Source: an uncultured Alphaproteobacteria bacterium
GTDB taxonomy: Bacteria; Pseudomonadota; Alphaproteobacteria; JAPOUT01; G958296285
DNA: 64,000 nucleotides
Assembly (NCBI GenBank): GCA_958296285.1
Contig: OY282459.1
Location: 258,367-322,366, forward strand
Reading direction: 5' to 3'
In this document: positions 1 to 10,030 of the stretch, in pieces
How positions within the stretch are numbered: the first letter of the stretch is position 1
How the letters are laid out: every line of letters starts with the position of its first letter
The notes under the pieces: model-generated
What the model saw: only the letters and a program-made list of their open reading frames with translations
Told to the model about the DNA's origin: nothing
The model's database searches: none
Program-made: the position numbers and the translations under genes

Positions 1-143
1 AAGGACAAATCGCCGCCAAAAGCCCCTATGGACAGTCCGTCTATTTGGAAAAGGAGGGCGATTCGCGTCATCTAGCCCCGGGGCGCGTCTCTGACGCCCT
101 CATCACCGAAGGATACGCCCACGCGCTCAGAGGACGCGCCGCA
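1..143 (+). CDS. miaB: 3' end (partial) of tRNA-i6A37 methylthiotransferase MiaB (TRAM domain C-terminus)
   Basis: Frame ending in TGA at 141-143 translates ...GQSVYLEKEGDS..APGRVSDALITEGYAHALRGRAA*. This matches the MiaB C-terminal TRAM consensus (..V.ITEA...SLRG.L). Stop overlaps the phoH ATG (ATGA). miaB-phoH-ybeY-corC is a conserved order. Confidence 0.5.
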
Positions 144-1138
144 TGAAAGAGAGACCCCTCGCCCCTTCCCTCGCGGAGGAGACGGGCGCGCTGATTTTGG
201 ATTTCCCCGATCCCCATCTTTGCGCCGAACTCTCTGGCGATGGCGGGGGGCATCTGAAACTGCTCTCGCGCGCGCTGGACATTAAGATCAGACAGCGCGG
301 GACTCGCCTCGCCCTTCAAGGCGAGAAGGCGGCGCTCGCCGCCGACTGTCTTCAGAAACTCTATGAAAGGCTGAGCTGCGGCGAAGCGCTCTCGGCGGAG
401 GATGTCGCCGCCGCGCTCCGCTTTTCCGAGAATGAGAGAGAGGACGCCGCCCCTGTCATCATCACTTCCGCCAAGCGCATCCGCGCCAGAAGCGCGACCC
501 AAGCGCGCTATATGGAGGCGCTGACGACAAAGAGTCTCAGTTTCGCGCTGGGATCGGCGGGATCGGGCAAGACCTATCTCGCCGCCGCCGCCGCCGTTCA
601 AGCGCTGGAAGAGGGCGAGGTGTCGCGGATCGTTCTGTCGCGTCCCGCGCTGGAGGCGGGGGAGCGTCTGGGCTTCCTGCCCGGCGACATGCGCGAGAAG
701 GTGGATCCCTATTTAAAACCTCTCCATGAAGCGCTCTCCGATCTGATGACGAAGGAAGCCGCCAAGCGCCATATGCGGCTGGGCGCGGTGGAAATCGCGC
801 CTCTCGCCTTCATGCGCGGGCGGACTTTCTCCGAGACTTTCTTCGTGCTGGACGAAGCGCAGAATTGCCGCGCCGAGCAGATGAAGATGGCGCTGACCCG
901 AATCGGATCCGGCTCGCGCATGGCGGTCGCCGGCGATCCCGCCGAGAGCGATCTGCCGAAAGGCGCGCAGGGCGCGCTCGCCCGCGCCGCCAAACTGATG
1001 GCGCGTCATCACGATGTCGCCGTCCTCCGCTTCAGCGAAAAGGACGCGCAGCGCCATCCTTTGGTGCGTGACATTCTCCGCGCCTATCAAGAAGAGGCGA
1101 AAGAGGCGCAAAACACGAAAGGCGAGAAGAGCGCATGA
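143..1138 (+). CDS. phoH: PhoH-like ATPase (YbeZ)
   Basis: Walker A GSAGSGKTYLAAAAA. PhoH-family conserved block LSRPALEAGERLGFLPGDMREKVDPYLKPLHEAL. Followed by ybeY and corC. Confidence 0.9.
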   Translation: MKERPLAPSLAEETGALILDFPDPHLCAELSGDGGGHLKLLSRALDIKIRQRGTRLALQGEKAALAADCLQKLYERLSCGEALSAEDVAAALRFSENEREDAAPVIITSAKRIRARSATQARYMEALTTKSLSFALGSAGSGKTYLAAAAAVQALEEGEVSRIVLSRPALEAGERLGFLPGDMREKVDPYLKPLHEALSDLMTKEAAKRHMRLGAVEIAPLAFMRGRTFSETFFVLDEAQNCRAEQMKMALTRIGSGSRMAVAGDPAESDLPKGAQGALARAAKLMARHHDVAVLRFSEKDAQRHPLVRDILRAYQEEAKEAQNTKGEKSA

Positions 1139-1638
1139 GACAAGCCCACGAGAATTCCGCCGCTCTCGCCATCCGCCTTCAGAGGCGCGGGCGGCATTGG
1201 ACGGAAGAGGAGGCGCGGCTGGCGCGTCATGTCGCCGCCGCCGCTTATGCCAAAGTCGGAAAAGAGAGGGCGGAGATGGGATTCCTTCTTGTCGGCGAGA
1301 GTTTGATGCGATCTCTGTCGCGGCGTTTTTTGCGCCAAGACAAGGCGAGCGATGTTTTGGCTTTTCCGCCCGCCCCCGCCCCCGCCGCCCCCGCGCCTCA
1401 CGGGTCTTTCTCTTCTTCGCCGCTCTGGCTGGGCGAAGTCTTCTTGGCTCGCGCGCCCCTTCATCGTGAAGCCGAAAAAAGAGGCGTTCGGTTTGAGGAT
1501 CGCCTCGCCCATCTGACGCTGCACGGCCTCCTTCATCTTTTGGGCTTCGCCCATGACCGCCAAGAGAGCGCCGAAAAAATGGAGTTTTTTGAGCGCGCCA
1601 TTCTTCTTGATTTGGGATATGCCGATCCTTATAGTTAA
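1135..1638 (+). CDS. ybeY: rRNA maturation endoribonuclease YbeY
   Basis: Zinc-binding motif HGLLHLLGFAHD. 4-nt overlap with phoH. Carries a Pro/Ala-rich insertion (PPAPAPAAPAPHG). Confidence 0.9.
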   Translation: MRQAHENSAALAIRLQRRGRHWTEEEARLARHVAAAAYAKVGKERAEMGFLLVGESLMRSLSRRFLRQDKASDVLAFPPAPAPAAPAPHGSFSSSPLWLGEVFLARAPLHREAEKRGVRFEDRLAHLTLHGLLHLLGFAHDRQESAEKMEFFERAILLDLGYADPYS

Positions 1639-1657
1639 AAGGCGATGCTGAAGAGTC

Positions 1658-2593
1658 ATGCCTTCCCCATCCGATCCTAAAACCCGGCCGCGGCGAGGCG
1701 GTCTCTTCGCTCGGACGCGCCGATTTTTCGGGAGACGGAAGCGCTCGCCGCGCGAGACGCTGGCGCGGTGGCTCGCCAAGAATTCTCATTTTGACGCCGA
1801 TGAGCGGCGCATTTTGAAAAACGTCCTCTCCCTCGCCGCCCGCCGCGTGGAGGATGTGATGGTCCCCCGCGCCGATATTGTCGCGCTGGAGGAAAAGACG
1901 CCGAAAGAGCGGGCGCTCGCGGCGTTTCTGAAGGCGGGGCATTCGCGTCTGCCTGTCTATCGCAAGAGGCTGGACGAGCCTTTGGGCATCGTCCATGTGA
2001 AAGATTTGCTGGGCGAGGAAAACGGGGTCAAGCGGCCAGGATCGGGGACAACCCTTCAAGAAGATCATCGTTCTGACAATCGGGAAGTTTCGCTTTTGCG
2101 GCGCGTCATGCGTCCTCCGCTTTTCGTTCCGCCCTCCATGGCGGTGCTGACTCTTCTTCGGAAGATGCAGGCGGCGCGGCTTCATCTGGCCCTCGTCATT
2201 GACGAGCATGGCGGCACATGCGGGCTGGTCTCCATTGAGGATTTGGTGGAGGAGATTGTCGGCGAGATTGAGGACGAGCATGATTCGGGAGAGGCGCTCA
2301 CTTTGAAGCGCCGCGCCGGCGGCGTCATAGAGGCGGATGCGCGCTTTCGGATTGACGAGCTGGAGCGAAGGCTGGATTTGTCGCTCCGCGCCGGCAGCGC
2401 GGACGAAGATGTCAGCACGCTGGGCGGGCTTCTCTTCACCCATGCCGGACGGCTTCCGAAAAAAGGGGACATTGTGCGCCATCCGTCTGGCTGGCGGCTG
2501 GAGGTTCAGGACGCCGATCCGCGCCGCGTCAAGCGGGTGCGTCTTCATCCGTCTCGGGGCAGGGCTGAGCGGGATTCGCGCCCAAAGCCCTAG
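1658..2593 (+). CDS. corC: CBS-pair / CorC_HlyC transporter-associated protein (CorC/TlyC family)
   Basis: DUF21-less CorC-type architecture. Two CBS-like blocks (EDVMVPRADIVALEE..., LALVIDEHGGTCGLVSIEDLVEEIVGEIEDEHD) and a C-terminal CorC_HlyC-like tail. Arg-rich N-terminal extension. Confidence 0.8.
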   Translation: MPSPSDPKTRPRRGGLFARTRRFFGRRKRSPRETLARWLAKNSHFDADERRILKNVLSLAARRVEDVMVPRADIVALEEKTPKERALAAFLKAGHSRLPVYRKRLDEPLGIVHVKDLLGEENGVKRPGSGTTLQEDHRSDNREVSLLRRVMRPPLFVPPSMAVLTLLRKMQAARLHLALVIDEHGGTCGLVSIEDLVEEIVGEIEDEHDSGEALTLKRRAGGVIEADARFRIDELERRLDLSLRAGSADEDVSTLGGLLFTHAGRLPKKGDIVRHPSGWRLEVQDADPRRVKRVRLHPSRGRAERDSRPKP

Positions 2594-2620
2594 AGGGGAA
2601 AACGTCTCCTCGTCGGCAAA

Positions 2621-3412
2621 ATGACGGATTGGCCCAAAGAAGGATTCCTCACAAGAGGCAGCGCCGGACGCCGCCTCGCTTGGCGGCGAAGCGCGCCCCC
2701 TCAAGCCGACAAGCCCTCGCTCTTATGGCTGGGCGGCTTCGCCTCCGATATGCAGGGGACGAAAGCCTCGCATCTCGCCCAATGGGCGGAGCAAACGGGA
2801 CAGAGCCTCATCCGCTTTGACTACGGATCCCATGGCGAATCGCCGGGCGATTTCGCCTCCGCCACCCTCGGCGATTGGCGGGACGACATGATGGCCGTCT
2901 TGGACAAGCTCGCCTCAGGACCTCAGATTCTCATCGGCTCCAGCATGGGCGCGTGGCTTGCCCTCCTCGCCGCCCGCGCCAAGCCCGATAAAGTAAAAGC
3001 GCTCTTGCTGATCGCGCCGGCGCCGGACTTCACCGAAAGACTGATCCTGCCCTCTTTGTCAGAGAGCCAAAAAATCGCGCTCCAACAAAAAAGCGCGATC
3101 CATCTCCCTGACGCGCCGGAACCCCTCTCATGGCGCTTCGTCCAAGAGGCGCGCGCCCATTGTCTCCTTGATCAGACGATCCCTCTCTCATGCCCCGTCC
3201 ATATCCTTCACGGCGCGAAAGACCAGACCGTGCCGCTCTCCCATCTCCTCCTGCTCCTCTCCCGATTGGACGCGCCGGACATTCTTTGCCGAATCCTGCG
3301 AGAAGGCGATCACCGCCTCTCCTCGCCGGAGGCGCTCAAGATTTTGCGCGAGACGGCGTCGGCGCTCTCGGACTCTCTCTCCTCCGCCAGCGCCCGCAAG
3401 CCCTCCCGATAG
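2621..3412 (+). CDS. alpha/beta-fold hydrolase
   Basis: Nucleophile elbow GSSMGAWLA. Typical alpha/beta hydrolase length and layout. 3' end overlaps the convergent SDR gene by ~100 nt. Confidence 0.65.
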   Translation: MTDWPKEGFLTRGSAGRRLAWRRSAPPQADKPSLLWLGGFASDMQGTKASHLAQWAEQTGQSLIRFDYGSHGESPGDFASATLGDWRDDMMAVLDKLASGPQILIGSSMGAWLALLAARAKPDKVKALLLIAPAPDFTERLILPSLSESQKIALQQKSAIHLPDAPEPLSWRFVQEARAHCLLDQTIPLSCPVHILHGAKDQTVPLSHLLLLLSRLDAPDILCRILREGDHRLSSPEALKILRETASALSDSLSSASARKPSR

Positions 3413-4305
3413 GTCGGGTAGAGAAGGCGCAGTTTCAACTCTCCGTGAAGACGGCGATTGCGAACGCGCCGATTCTCCCGATAAAAGCGCCGCGCCGCCT
3501 CCGAAATCTCGCCCTGCCGCAGCGTCTCCAACGGGCGAAGGGGCGGCGAAGGGAGACCCAAAAGCCTCGCCCCATAGCGCAGCACTTCGCTGGCAGGGGC
3601 CGGACAGTCGTCGCAGAGATTGTAAATGCGACAGCGCTCTTTGGATGGCGAGAGCGCGGAGGCTTCCAAAGCGCGGGCGATGTCGTCCCGATGAATCCGC
3701 GAGAAAAACTGCCCCGCTTTGTAAATGCGAAGGACGCCCCGCCCGCGCCCGCGCCGCCGCCGCAGCCTTTCCAAAACGCTCCGCCCAGGACCATAAATCC
3801 CGCCAAGACGGAAAATATGAAGAGACGCGCCATCATCCCGAAAAAGCCCGCGCCATGAAGCTTCGGCGCAGGCGCGTCTTTTCGCCGGATCGCTCATCGG
3901 GCGGAGCGCCGAACTTTCCGACACCGCCGCCCCATGCCGATCGCCATAGACGCCGGTCGTGGAAAGATAGCCCGCCCACAAAAGAGCGCCGCCGGCGCGA
4001 GCATCAATGATCTCCCCGCCGTGATGGCGAAGGAGAGGATCGCCTTTATCGTCAGGCGGAATGGAGGAAAGAAGATGGCTTATCTTTCCGCCGCGCAAAA
4101 GTTTGGACAGATTCGGGGAGGGCGCTTTTCCGGTGAAGAGAATGGGGGCGATTCCCAATCGCGCCAAGCGCTCTTTCTTCTCTTGGTCGCGGGCGCTGCC
4201 ATAGACTGTCCAGCCTTGTTGGATCATGCGCCGCGCGAAGGCGCGGGCGCTGTAGCCGGCGCCGCAGCAGAGAAGAACGCTCACGGCTCTGACGCGCCGT
4301 TCCAT
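3310..4305 (-). CDS. NAD-dependent epimerase/dehydratase (extended SDR) family protein
   Basis: N-terminal Rossmann-like segment (VSVLLCCGAGYSARAF...GWTVYGSARD). The true start may be an internal Met (MIQQGW). Confidence 0.55.
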   Translation of the reverse strand: MERRVRAVSVLLCCGAGYSARAFARRMIQQGWTVYGSARDQEKKERLARLGIAPILFTGKAPSPNLSKLLRGGKISHLLSSIPPDDKGDPLLRHHGGEIIDARAGGALLWAGYLSTTGVYGDRHGAAVSESSALRPMSDPAKRRACAEASWRGLFRDDGASLHIFRLGGIYGPGRSVLERLRRRRGRGRGVLRIYKAGQFFSRIHRDDIARALEASALSPSKERCRIYNLCDDCPAPASEVLRYGARLLGLPSPPLRPLETLRQGEISEAARRFYRENRRVRNRRLHGELKLRLLYPTYREGLRALAEERESESADAVSRKILSASGEERR

Positions 4306-5408
4306 TCGGCGAGAATGGCGGGATTCTTCTCGCGCGGCAGATGGCGAGAGCGCGTCTCGTCAAACTCTGACGGCGAGAGAAGCCGCTTCAGCGCCCAAAT
4401 CGCCGAAGCGCGGACAGGCGCGTCAAGCGATGAGAGATGCGGTTTTATCAGAGGAATGAGCGAAGTCTCGCCGCTGTTCGCGGCGGCGATCAGAAGATTG
4501 CGGAGAAGCCGCGCCCATCCGATCCGCTTGACGGCGGAGCGCGCGAAAAGACGGCGAAAGCCTTCCTCGTCCAATGCCAAAAGGCTCGCCAGATTCCGCC
4601 GCTCTTCGGGGAGGGCGCTGTGGAAGGCGGCGTCATGGGCGCGTTTGGCGAATTTGTTCCAAGGGCAGACGGCGAGACAGTCATCGCAGCCATAGACCCG
4701 ATTGCCGATCGCCTCGCGGAATTCTTTCGGAATGACACCATCATATTCTATCGTCAGATAGGAAATGCAGCGCCGCGCATCCAGCTGGAAGGGGGCGGGG
4801 AAGGCGTTGGTCGGGCAGACGTCCAAACAGGCGCGGCATGTGCCGCAGCGATTCTGATGCCGCCTTGAGGGCGGGAGCGCCATGTCCGTCAGAATGCCTC
4901 CCAAAAACAGCCATGAGCCGAAATCTCGCGCGACAAGATTCGTATGTTTCCCCTGCCATCCCAAGCCCGCCGCCTCGGCATAGGGCTTTTCCATGACAGG
5001 CGCGGTGTCGGCGAAGGGGCGGGTTTCGGCGCGATAGCGCTTTTTGACGAAACGCGCCAGCGCTTTCAGTTTGCGCCCCAGCGCGCGATGATAATCCTCG
5101 CCCGAAACATAGACCGAGAAGACGCCCTTCTCTTTGCGGAGAAGTTCAGGCATCGGATTCTTGAGAGGCGCGTAATTGATCCCCAAAAGGAGAACGCTTT
5201 TCACGGACGGCATGATCTCTCGCGGAGAAAGCCGGGCGCGATTTTCCATCCAGCGCATTTCGCCGTGATGGTCTTTCGCCAAGAAACTTTTCAGCCCCGC
5301 CCTCGCCTCTCTGATGGAAGCGCTGTCAGGACGCGCGATGCCAAAAGCCTCAAAGCCCAAAAGATGCGCGCGCTTTTTTATGGCTTCAGCCGCGTCTCCA
5401 GCGATCAC
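4281..5408 (-). CDS. queG: tRNA epoxyqueuosine(34) reductase QueG
   Basis: Two 4Fe-4S ferredoxin motifs (CGTCRACLDVCPTNAF and YGCDDCLAVCPWNKFA). N-terminal cobalamin-binding-like region. C-terminal HEAT-like segment typical of QueG. Confidence 0.85.
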   Translation of the reverse strand: MIAGDAAEAIKKRAHLLGFEAFGIARPDSASIREARAGLKSFLAKDHHGEMRWMENRARLSPREIMPSVKSVLLLGINYAPLKNPMPELLRKEKGVFSVYVSGEDYHRALGRKLKALARFVKKRYRAETRPFADTAPVMEKPYAEAAGLGWQGKHTNLVARDFGSWLFLGGILTDMALPPSRRHQNRCGTCRACLDVCPTNAFPAPFQLDARRCISYLTIEYDGVIPKEFREAIGNRVYGCDDCLAVCPWNKFAKRAHDAAFHSALPEERRNLASLLALDEEGFRRLFARSAVKRIGWARLLRNLLIAAANSGETSLIPLIKPHLSSLDAPVRASAIWALKRLLSPSEFDETRSRHLPREKNPAILAEWNGASEP

Positions 5409-6382
5409 AAGGGCGGCTTTCTGTAGCGGCGCAAATAATGGGGCGCGACATCCTCAAGCGGGCGGGGCTTTATCCCCAATCCCTCCAAAGAGCGCTTCTC
5501 GCGCTTGGCGCGGGAACTGACGATATTGTCGCTGCGGAGCGCCTCCACTTGATCCGGCGTCAGCGGCGCGCCCGGCGCATATTGGGCGAAACGCGCCAAG
5601 AGCCGCGCCAACGGAAAAGGCAGAGGCAGCAAGAGGCGATCTCTCTTGATCGTCTTGAGAAGGAAGGTCATCAATTCGCGGAAAGAATAAATCGCCGATC
5701 CCCCCAGCTCATAGATTTTCGCATGGCGCTCCATCCTGCCGCCCTTGGCGTCTTCGGCGATTTTCAAGACCGCCAAAGCCGCATCGTCCGCATAGACCGG
5801 CTGAAAGCGGGTCTCTTCGCCGATGAGAGGGAGGATGGGCGAGAATCTCGCCATGTTCGCGAAACGGTTCAGAAAAGAATCTTCGGGCCCAAAAATGACG
5901 GAGGGGCGCAAAATGGCGGCGTTGGGAAAAACCTCCCTGACGCCGCGCTCGCCCTCCGCCTTGCTTTTGGCATAGAGGCTGGCGCTCTCTGGATCAGCGC
6001 CGATGGCGGAAATGTGAATGAAGGCGGCGGCGTTTTCGGCGGCCGCCGCCCGCGCCAACGCGCGCGCCCCCCGCGCGTGAAGAGACGAGAAGCGCTGTCT
6101 TCCGCTTTCATGGAGAATCCCGACCAAATTAATGACGACGGTCGCGTCTTTGACGAGAGGGAGACAAGTCTCGCGCTTTGCCAGATCGGCGGCGAAAATC
6201 TCTATCTGTCCCGGATCGCCCATCGTCTTGAGGAAGAGTCCGACATTCGGTCGGCGTCCGCAGGCGCGGATTCGCCATCCCGCCCGCGCCAAGCGCCGCG
6301 TGACGTGCCGCCCCAAAAAGCCCCATGCCCCGAAAATTGCCGCGATGGGCGTCATCAATGCCGCTCCTCCTTCTCCGATCAT
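5405..6382 (-). CDS. NAD(P)H-binding NmrA/NDUFA9-like (complex I intermediate-associated) SDR family protein
   Basis: N-terminal GAWGFLGRHVTRRL Rossmann motif as in bacterial NDUFA9-like proteins. 4-nt overlap with queG. Confidence 0.65.
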   Translation of the reverse strand: MIGEGGAALMTPIAAIFGAWGFLGRHVTRRLARAGWRIRACGRRPNVGLFLKTMGDPGQIEIFAADLAKRETCLPLVKDATVVINLVGILHESGRQRFSSLHARGARALARAAAAENAAAFIHISAIGADPESASLYAKSKAEGERGVREVFPNAAILRPSVIFGPEDSFLNRFANMARFSPILPLIGEETRFQPVYADDAALAVLKIAEDAKGGRMERHAKIYELGGSAIYSFRELMTFLLKTIKRDRLLLPLPFPLARLLARFAQYAPGAPLTPDQVEALRSDNIVSSRAKREKRSLEGLGIKPRPLEDVAPHYLRRYRKPPL

Positions 6383-6564
6383 ATTAGCCTCAGGAGGCGC
6401 TTATGGAAAAGACGCTGAATCTTCCAAAAAAATCTGTGGATAAGGAGGCGCGGAATTAAGGGGATAAACCCTCTTTCCCGCGCTGCGAGAAGGCTTGCCG
6501 CGATTCTCATTCTGTGCGTCTTTTGCCGAACAGTCCGGGCGCGGCTCCGGGCTAGACTGATCCA

Positions 6565-7758
6565 ATGTCGCGCCATGCCGCCAATATCCCGGAGCCGCTG
6601 CCGCTCGCCCATCCAAACGGGCAGAGCCTCGCGCGCGGCGCGCACGGCATCCTCAACGCCAAAGACATAAAATCCCTCATCGCCCAAAAAGCCGTCCGCG
6701 CCAAGACAGACCTTCAAGAGGATCAAATCCAATCGGCAAGTCTGGACCTCCGATTGGGAAAAGGCGGCTATCGGCTGCGGGCCAGTTTCCTGCCCGGCCC
6801 CCGCGCCAGCGTCCAGCGAAAAGCCGAAAGCCTCGCCCTGCACCAATTTTCTCTGGAAGGCGGCGCCGTCTTGGAGACGGGCTGCGTCTATCTGCTGGAA
6901 ATCGCCGAGAGCCTCGCTCTTCCGAAAAGCCTCTCCGCCCTCGCCAGCCCCAAAAGCTCCACAGGGCGCATAGATCTCTTCGCGCGACTCATCACCGATT
7001 ATGGCGGATATTTTGACCGCGTCCCTTCGGGCTATGAGGGGCCGCTTTATTTGGAAGTCAGCCCCCGAAGTTTCGGCGTCATCGCCAGGCCGGGCGCGCG
7101 CCTCTCGCAGCTGCGCTTCCGAAAAGGACGCCCCGCTTACGACAACCACCGTCTCCAATCCCTCCATAAGCGCGACCAGCTCGTCCAAATCGCCTCGGAG
7201 GGACGAGAGGAATCCGCCGTTCCCCCATGGCAGGACGCGATGCGCGTCCCCCATATAGAGCAGGGGCTGGTCTTGTCGGTGGATCTGCGGGGGCTTCCGC
7301 CGCGAGGGCTGGCAGCCTATCGCGCCAAGCGCCATACGCCCCTCATTGATTTGGACAAGGATCGCGCCCTCGCCATCAACCCTTTCTGGGAAAGTTTGGA
7401 CGCGCCGCCGTCAGGGCGACTCATTCTGGATCCTGACGCCTTCTATATCCTCGCCTCGCGCGAGATCGTCCGCATTCCGCCGACCCACGCCGCCGAAATG
7501 ACGCCCTTTGATCCGCAAATCGGAGAGTTCCGCGTCCATTATGCCGGCTTCTTTGACCCCGGCTTCGGCGCGAACCATGGCGCGCGCGCCGTGCTGGAAG
7601 TCCGAAGCCGCGACATTCCGATCGTCTTGGAGCATGGGCAGGCGGTCGGGCGTCTGATCTTTGAGCGCCTCTTGGAAGCCGCCCCCGCCTATGACGACCG
7701 CAGCGGCGCTCATTATAAAGGACAGGCGCTCGCCCTCTCCAAACATTTCGCCGAATAG
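6565..7758 (+). CDS. 2'-deoxycytidine 5'-triphosphate deaminase family protein (long alphaproteobacterial form)
   Basis: ~400 aa. N-terminus NAKDIKSLIAQKAVRAKTDLQEDQIQSASLDLRLGKGGYRLRASFLP, characteristic of the long dCTP deaminase-domain proteins of alphaproteobacteria. Confidence 0.7.
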   Translation: MSRHAANIPEPLPLAHPNGQSLARGAHGILNAKDIKSLIAQKAVRAKTDLQEDQIQSASLDLRLGKGGYRLRASFLPGPRASVQRKAESLALHQFSLEGGAVLETGCVYLLEIAESLALPKSLSALASPKSSTGRIDLFARLITDYGGYFDRVPSGYEGPLYLEVSPRSFGVIARPGARLSQLRFRKGRPAYDNHRLQSLHKRDQLVQIASEGREESAVPPWQDAMRVPHIEQGLVLSVDLRGLPPRGLAAYRAKRHTPLIDLDKDRALAINPFWESLDAPPSGRLILDPDAFYILASREIVRIPPTHAAEMTPFDPQIGEFRVHYAGFFDPGFGANHGARAVLEVRSRDIPIVLEHGQAVGRLIFERLLEAAPAYDDRSGAHYKGQALALSKHFAE

Positions 7759-7788
7759 TCGGAACGCCGCCCGCCGCCCGCCGCCGCG

Positions 7789-8709
7789 TCAAGAGCAGGA
7801 CGCGCCCCCCAGCACGCAAAAGCGCGCGCAATGCGGATGATTCAACGAGATCGGCTTCTGCGATTCCTTCAGACTGCGCCCCATCTCAAAACGCGAATCA
7901 TAGGGGAGAAGCGTGCAGGAGAGGACGACAGGAAAGGGCGACCCCTTCCGCTTCACGACCATGCGGCTGTCGGCGCACATGATCGCTTCGGGCTTGACGC
8001 CCAAAATCTTCCAGCAGCCCTCGGTGATTTCCGGAACATCCGCTGTCTCGTCCATTTCCGGAAAGAGGACAAGCGCCTCTTCCGAAAAGGCGTCAAGCGC
8101 CACCCCCTCCTCACGGAAGAGCGCGGCATAGGATTGTCTGAGCGTCTCCTCCTCCTCGCCCCAGCAAGTCCGCCCCGCCACATGGAGCGCGAAGCCCTCT
8201 CGCGCCAGCCATTTCAAGCCTTTGAGAGTCTCTTGGAAGCCGCCTTCGCCGCGCTCGGCGTCATGGAGCGCCGGCGCATAGTGATCCAAACTGACCCTCA
8301 AAATAAGAGAGTTCCCAAAACGCCGCCGCAGAGAGACCAAGCCCTCCCGCAAGCGCGGGCGCATCATCGGGCGCATCGCGTTTGTCAGAACGAGGGCGCG
8401 GAAGCCTCGCGCCATCGCGTCTTCCAACATTCCCAGAATGTCCGGATTCATGAAAGGCTCGCCGCCGGTGAAGCCCGCCTCCTCCGCCATAGGGCGAAAC
8501 TCTTCCAACTCGTCCAGATAGGCGGCGACTTCGGCGCGGGTGAGATAAAGAAGGCGATCATTCGTGGGGCTGGATTCTATATAACAATGGGCGCAGGCAA
8601 TGTTGCAGAGAGTCCCGGTGTTGAACCACAAAGTTCTCAAGCCCAGCGGCGCGACATGCGCGCGCTTCTCGTTTCGCGCCGTCAGAAGGGGATCGGCAAA
8701 TTTTTTCAT
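7789..8709 (-). CDS. radical SAM / Cys-rich domain protein
   Basis: CNIACAHC (Cx3Cx2C) radical-SAM cluster motif near the N-terminus. The start is most likely MKKFADP (8709), not the upstream Met at 8808. Last gene of a 3-gene minus-strand operon. Confidence 0.7.
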   Translation of the reverse strand: MKKFADPLLTARNEKRAHVAPLGLRTLWFNTGTLCNIACAHCYIESSPTNDRLLYLTRAEVAAYLDELEEFRPMAEEAGFTGGEPFMNPDILGMLEDAMARGFRALVLTNAMRPMMRPRLREGLVSLRRRFGNSLILRVSLDHYAPALHDAERGEGGFQETLKGLKWLAREGFALHVAGRTCWGEEEETLRQSYAALFREEGVALDAFSEEALVLFPEMDETADVPEITEGCWKILGVKPEAIMCADSRMVVKRKGSPFPVVLSCTLLPYDSRFEMGRSLKESQKPISLNHPHCARFCVLGGASCS

Positions 8710-8723
8710 GGCGCCCCCCCCTT

Positions 8724-10028
8724 TCACGAAAAGAGTCGGACAGTGAACCAATAAGCGCCCAGCCCCCCTAAAGCGACAGCGACGCCATCTTCGGCGGGGG
8801 CGCGCCAAGCGCCGGCGCGGCTCAGTTTAAACAGCCCCCAGATCGCCAGCGAGAATAAAAGGATCAGCGCGACTTGTCCAATTTCCACCCCCAGATTGAA
8901 GCCGAAAAGCGCCGGCAGGCGGCGCTCAATCGGCAGCCCGAATTCTTGCAGCGCCGAGGCGAAGCCGAAGCCGTGAATGAGTCCGAAAAAAGAGGCGAGC
9001 GCCGAAATCTCAAAAGCGCGATGTTTCGAACCTTCGCGCCGAAGCCCATAAAAGAGCGTGAAGAGAATCAGCCCGCCGAAAAAAGCGAAACTCCCCAAAG
9101 ACGGCAGAAACCAAGAAAGACAGGCGAGCGCTGTCAGAAGAAGGGACAGAAAAGCGAAAAGATACGGAGATTTTTGGCGGCGCTCCATGCTTTCGGCGGC
9201 GGCGAAGAGAATCGTGAAGCCGATCAGCGCCTCTATCAGAGGAATCTTGGCGAGGAGGAGATCGGTCGCGGCAAGCCCCAAAGTGAGGCTGTGTCCCAAT
9301 GTGAAGCCGGTGACGGCGAGGAGCGCCAGGCGCGTCCGGCGGCACAGAAGAAGAAGGGCTAGAAGAAAAGCCAAATGATCCAAGCCCTCCAAAATATGCG
9401 TGATGCCGATCGGAATATAGGTCAGAAAAGCCTCCCAAAAAGACAGGGACTTTCTTTGCGCGGCTTTCTCGTCAAAGGAGACGGTCAGGCTTCGGCGGCT
9501 GTTCGTCAATATCGCCTCGCGCGCGCCAGCAGCCCCTTCAAAATGGAGACGCAGAAAGTGAAGATGAGTCGGAATCTCGTCAAAAAGAATATCGCCCTTG
9601 AGGGCCAGAGGAGGGCTCTCGGCAAAGGGCTTCGGACATTGAAATCGCATGGAAAGGCGAAAGAGATCGCCCCCGCCGCCGCCCCCGCCGAAACCGCCGC
9701 CGCGCCCCGCGCCGGACTCCCATCGGGGCGGCGCGGCCAGAGAGCAGCGCGCCCCCTCCTGCCAAAGACGGAACATGGAAGAAAATCTTTTTAGAAGAAA
9801 ATCTTCGGGGAGGGCGGCCGACCTCTCCGCTAGAACGGGAAACGCCCTCGCAATCTCCATGATCGGCATGGCGATCCGCGCCTCCGCCGCGCCATCTTTA
9901 TGGACAAGCCAGTGGGATGAAGAGCGGCTTAAACTATGGGCTAGCGCGCTTCCATCGGCGAAGAGGGCGAGGGCAAGCAAAGCGGCGGCGAGGACGGGGG
10001 CGGGGGCGAAAATCCCTGTCAGACGCAT
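8724..10028 (-). CDS. HupE/UreJ-family membrane protein with N-terminal periplasmic extension
   Basis: Signal peptide, ~220-aa periplasmic part, then multi-TM domain with HupE/UreJ-like HxxxGxDH (HILEGLDHLAFLL) and HGFGFA motifs. Contains a poly-Gly tract (GGGFGGGGGGGD). Confidence 0.6.
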   Translation of the reverse strand: MRLTGIFAPAPVLAAALLALALFADGSALAHSLSRSSSHWLVHKDGAAEARIAMPIMEIARAFPVLAERSAALPEDFLLKRFSSMFRLWQEGARCSLAAPPRWESGAGRGGGFGGGGGGGDLFRLSMRFQCPKPFAESPPLALKGDILFDEIPTHLHFLRLHFEGAAGAREAILTNSRRSLTVSFDEKAAQRKSLSFWEAFLTYIPIGITHILEGLDHLAFLLALLLLCRRTRLALLAVTGFTLGHSLTLGLAATDLLLAKIPLIEALIGFTILFAAAESMERRQKSPYLFAFLSLLLTALACLSWFLPSLGSFAFFGGLILFTLFYGLRREGSKHRAFEISALASFFGLIHGFGFASALQEFGLPIERRLPALFGFNLGVEIGQVALILLFSLAIWGLFKLSRAGAWRAPAEDGVAVALGGLGAYWFTVRLFS

Positions 10029-10030
10029 CC

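Noticed and set aside
68-601. 177-aa ORF on the minus strand
   Set aside because: It is antisense to, and entirely inside, the well-supported phoH gene. It has Gly/Arg-rich low-complexity translation typical of high-GC antisense frames.
3168-4010. 280-aa and 222-aa plus-strand ORFs (3168-4010, 3190-3858)
   Set aside because: They overlap the minus-strand SDR gene. The translation is Arg/Pro/Ser-rich without motifs. They are high-GC antisense artefacts.
6424-6443. Shared 12-mer AAAATCTGTGGA upstream of the dCTP-deaminase gene and again at 36731-36742 next to the M23 peptidase start
   Set aside because: Two occurrences in opposite orientation relative to their genes. It could be chance in 64 kb. 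Noted, but not enough to call a regulatory motif.
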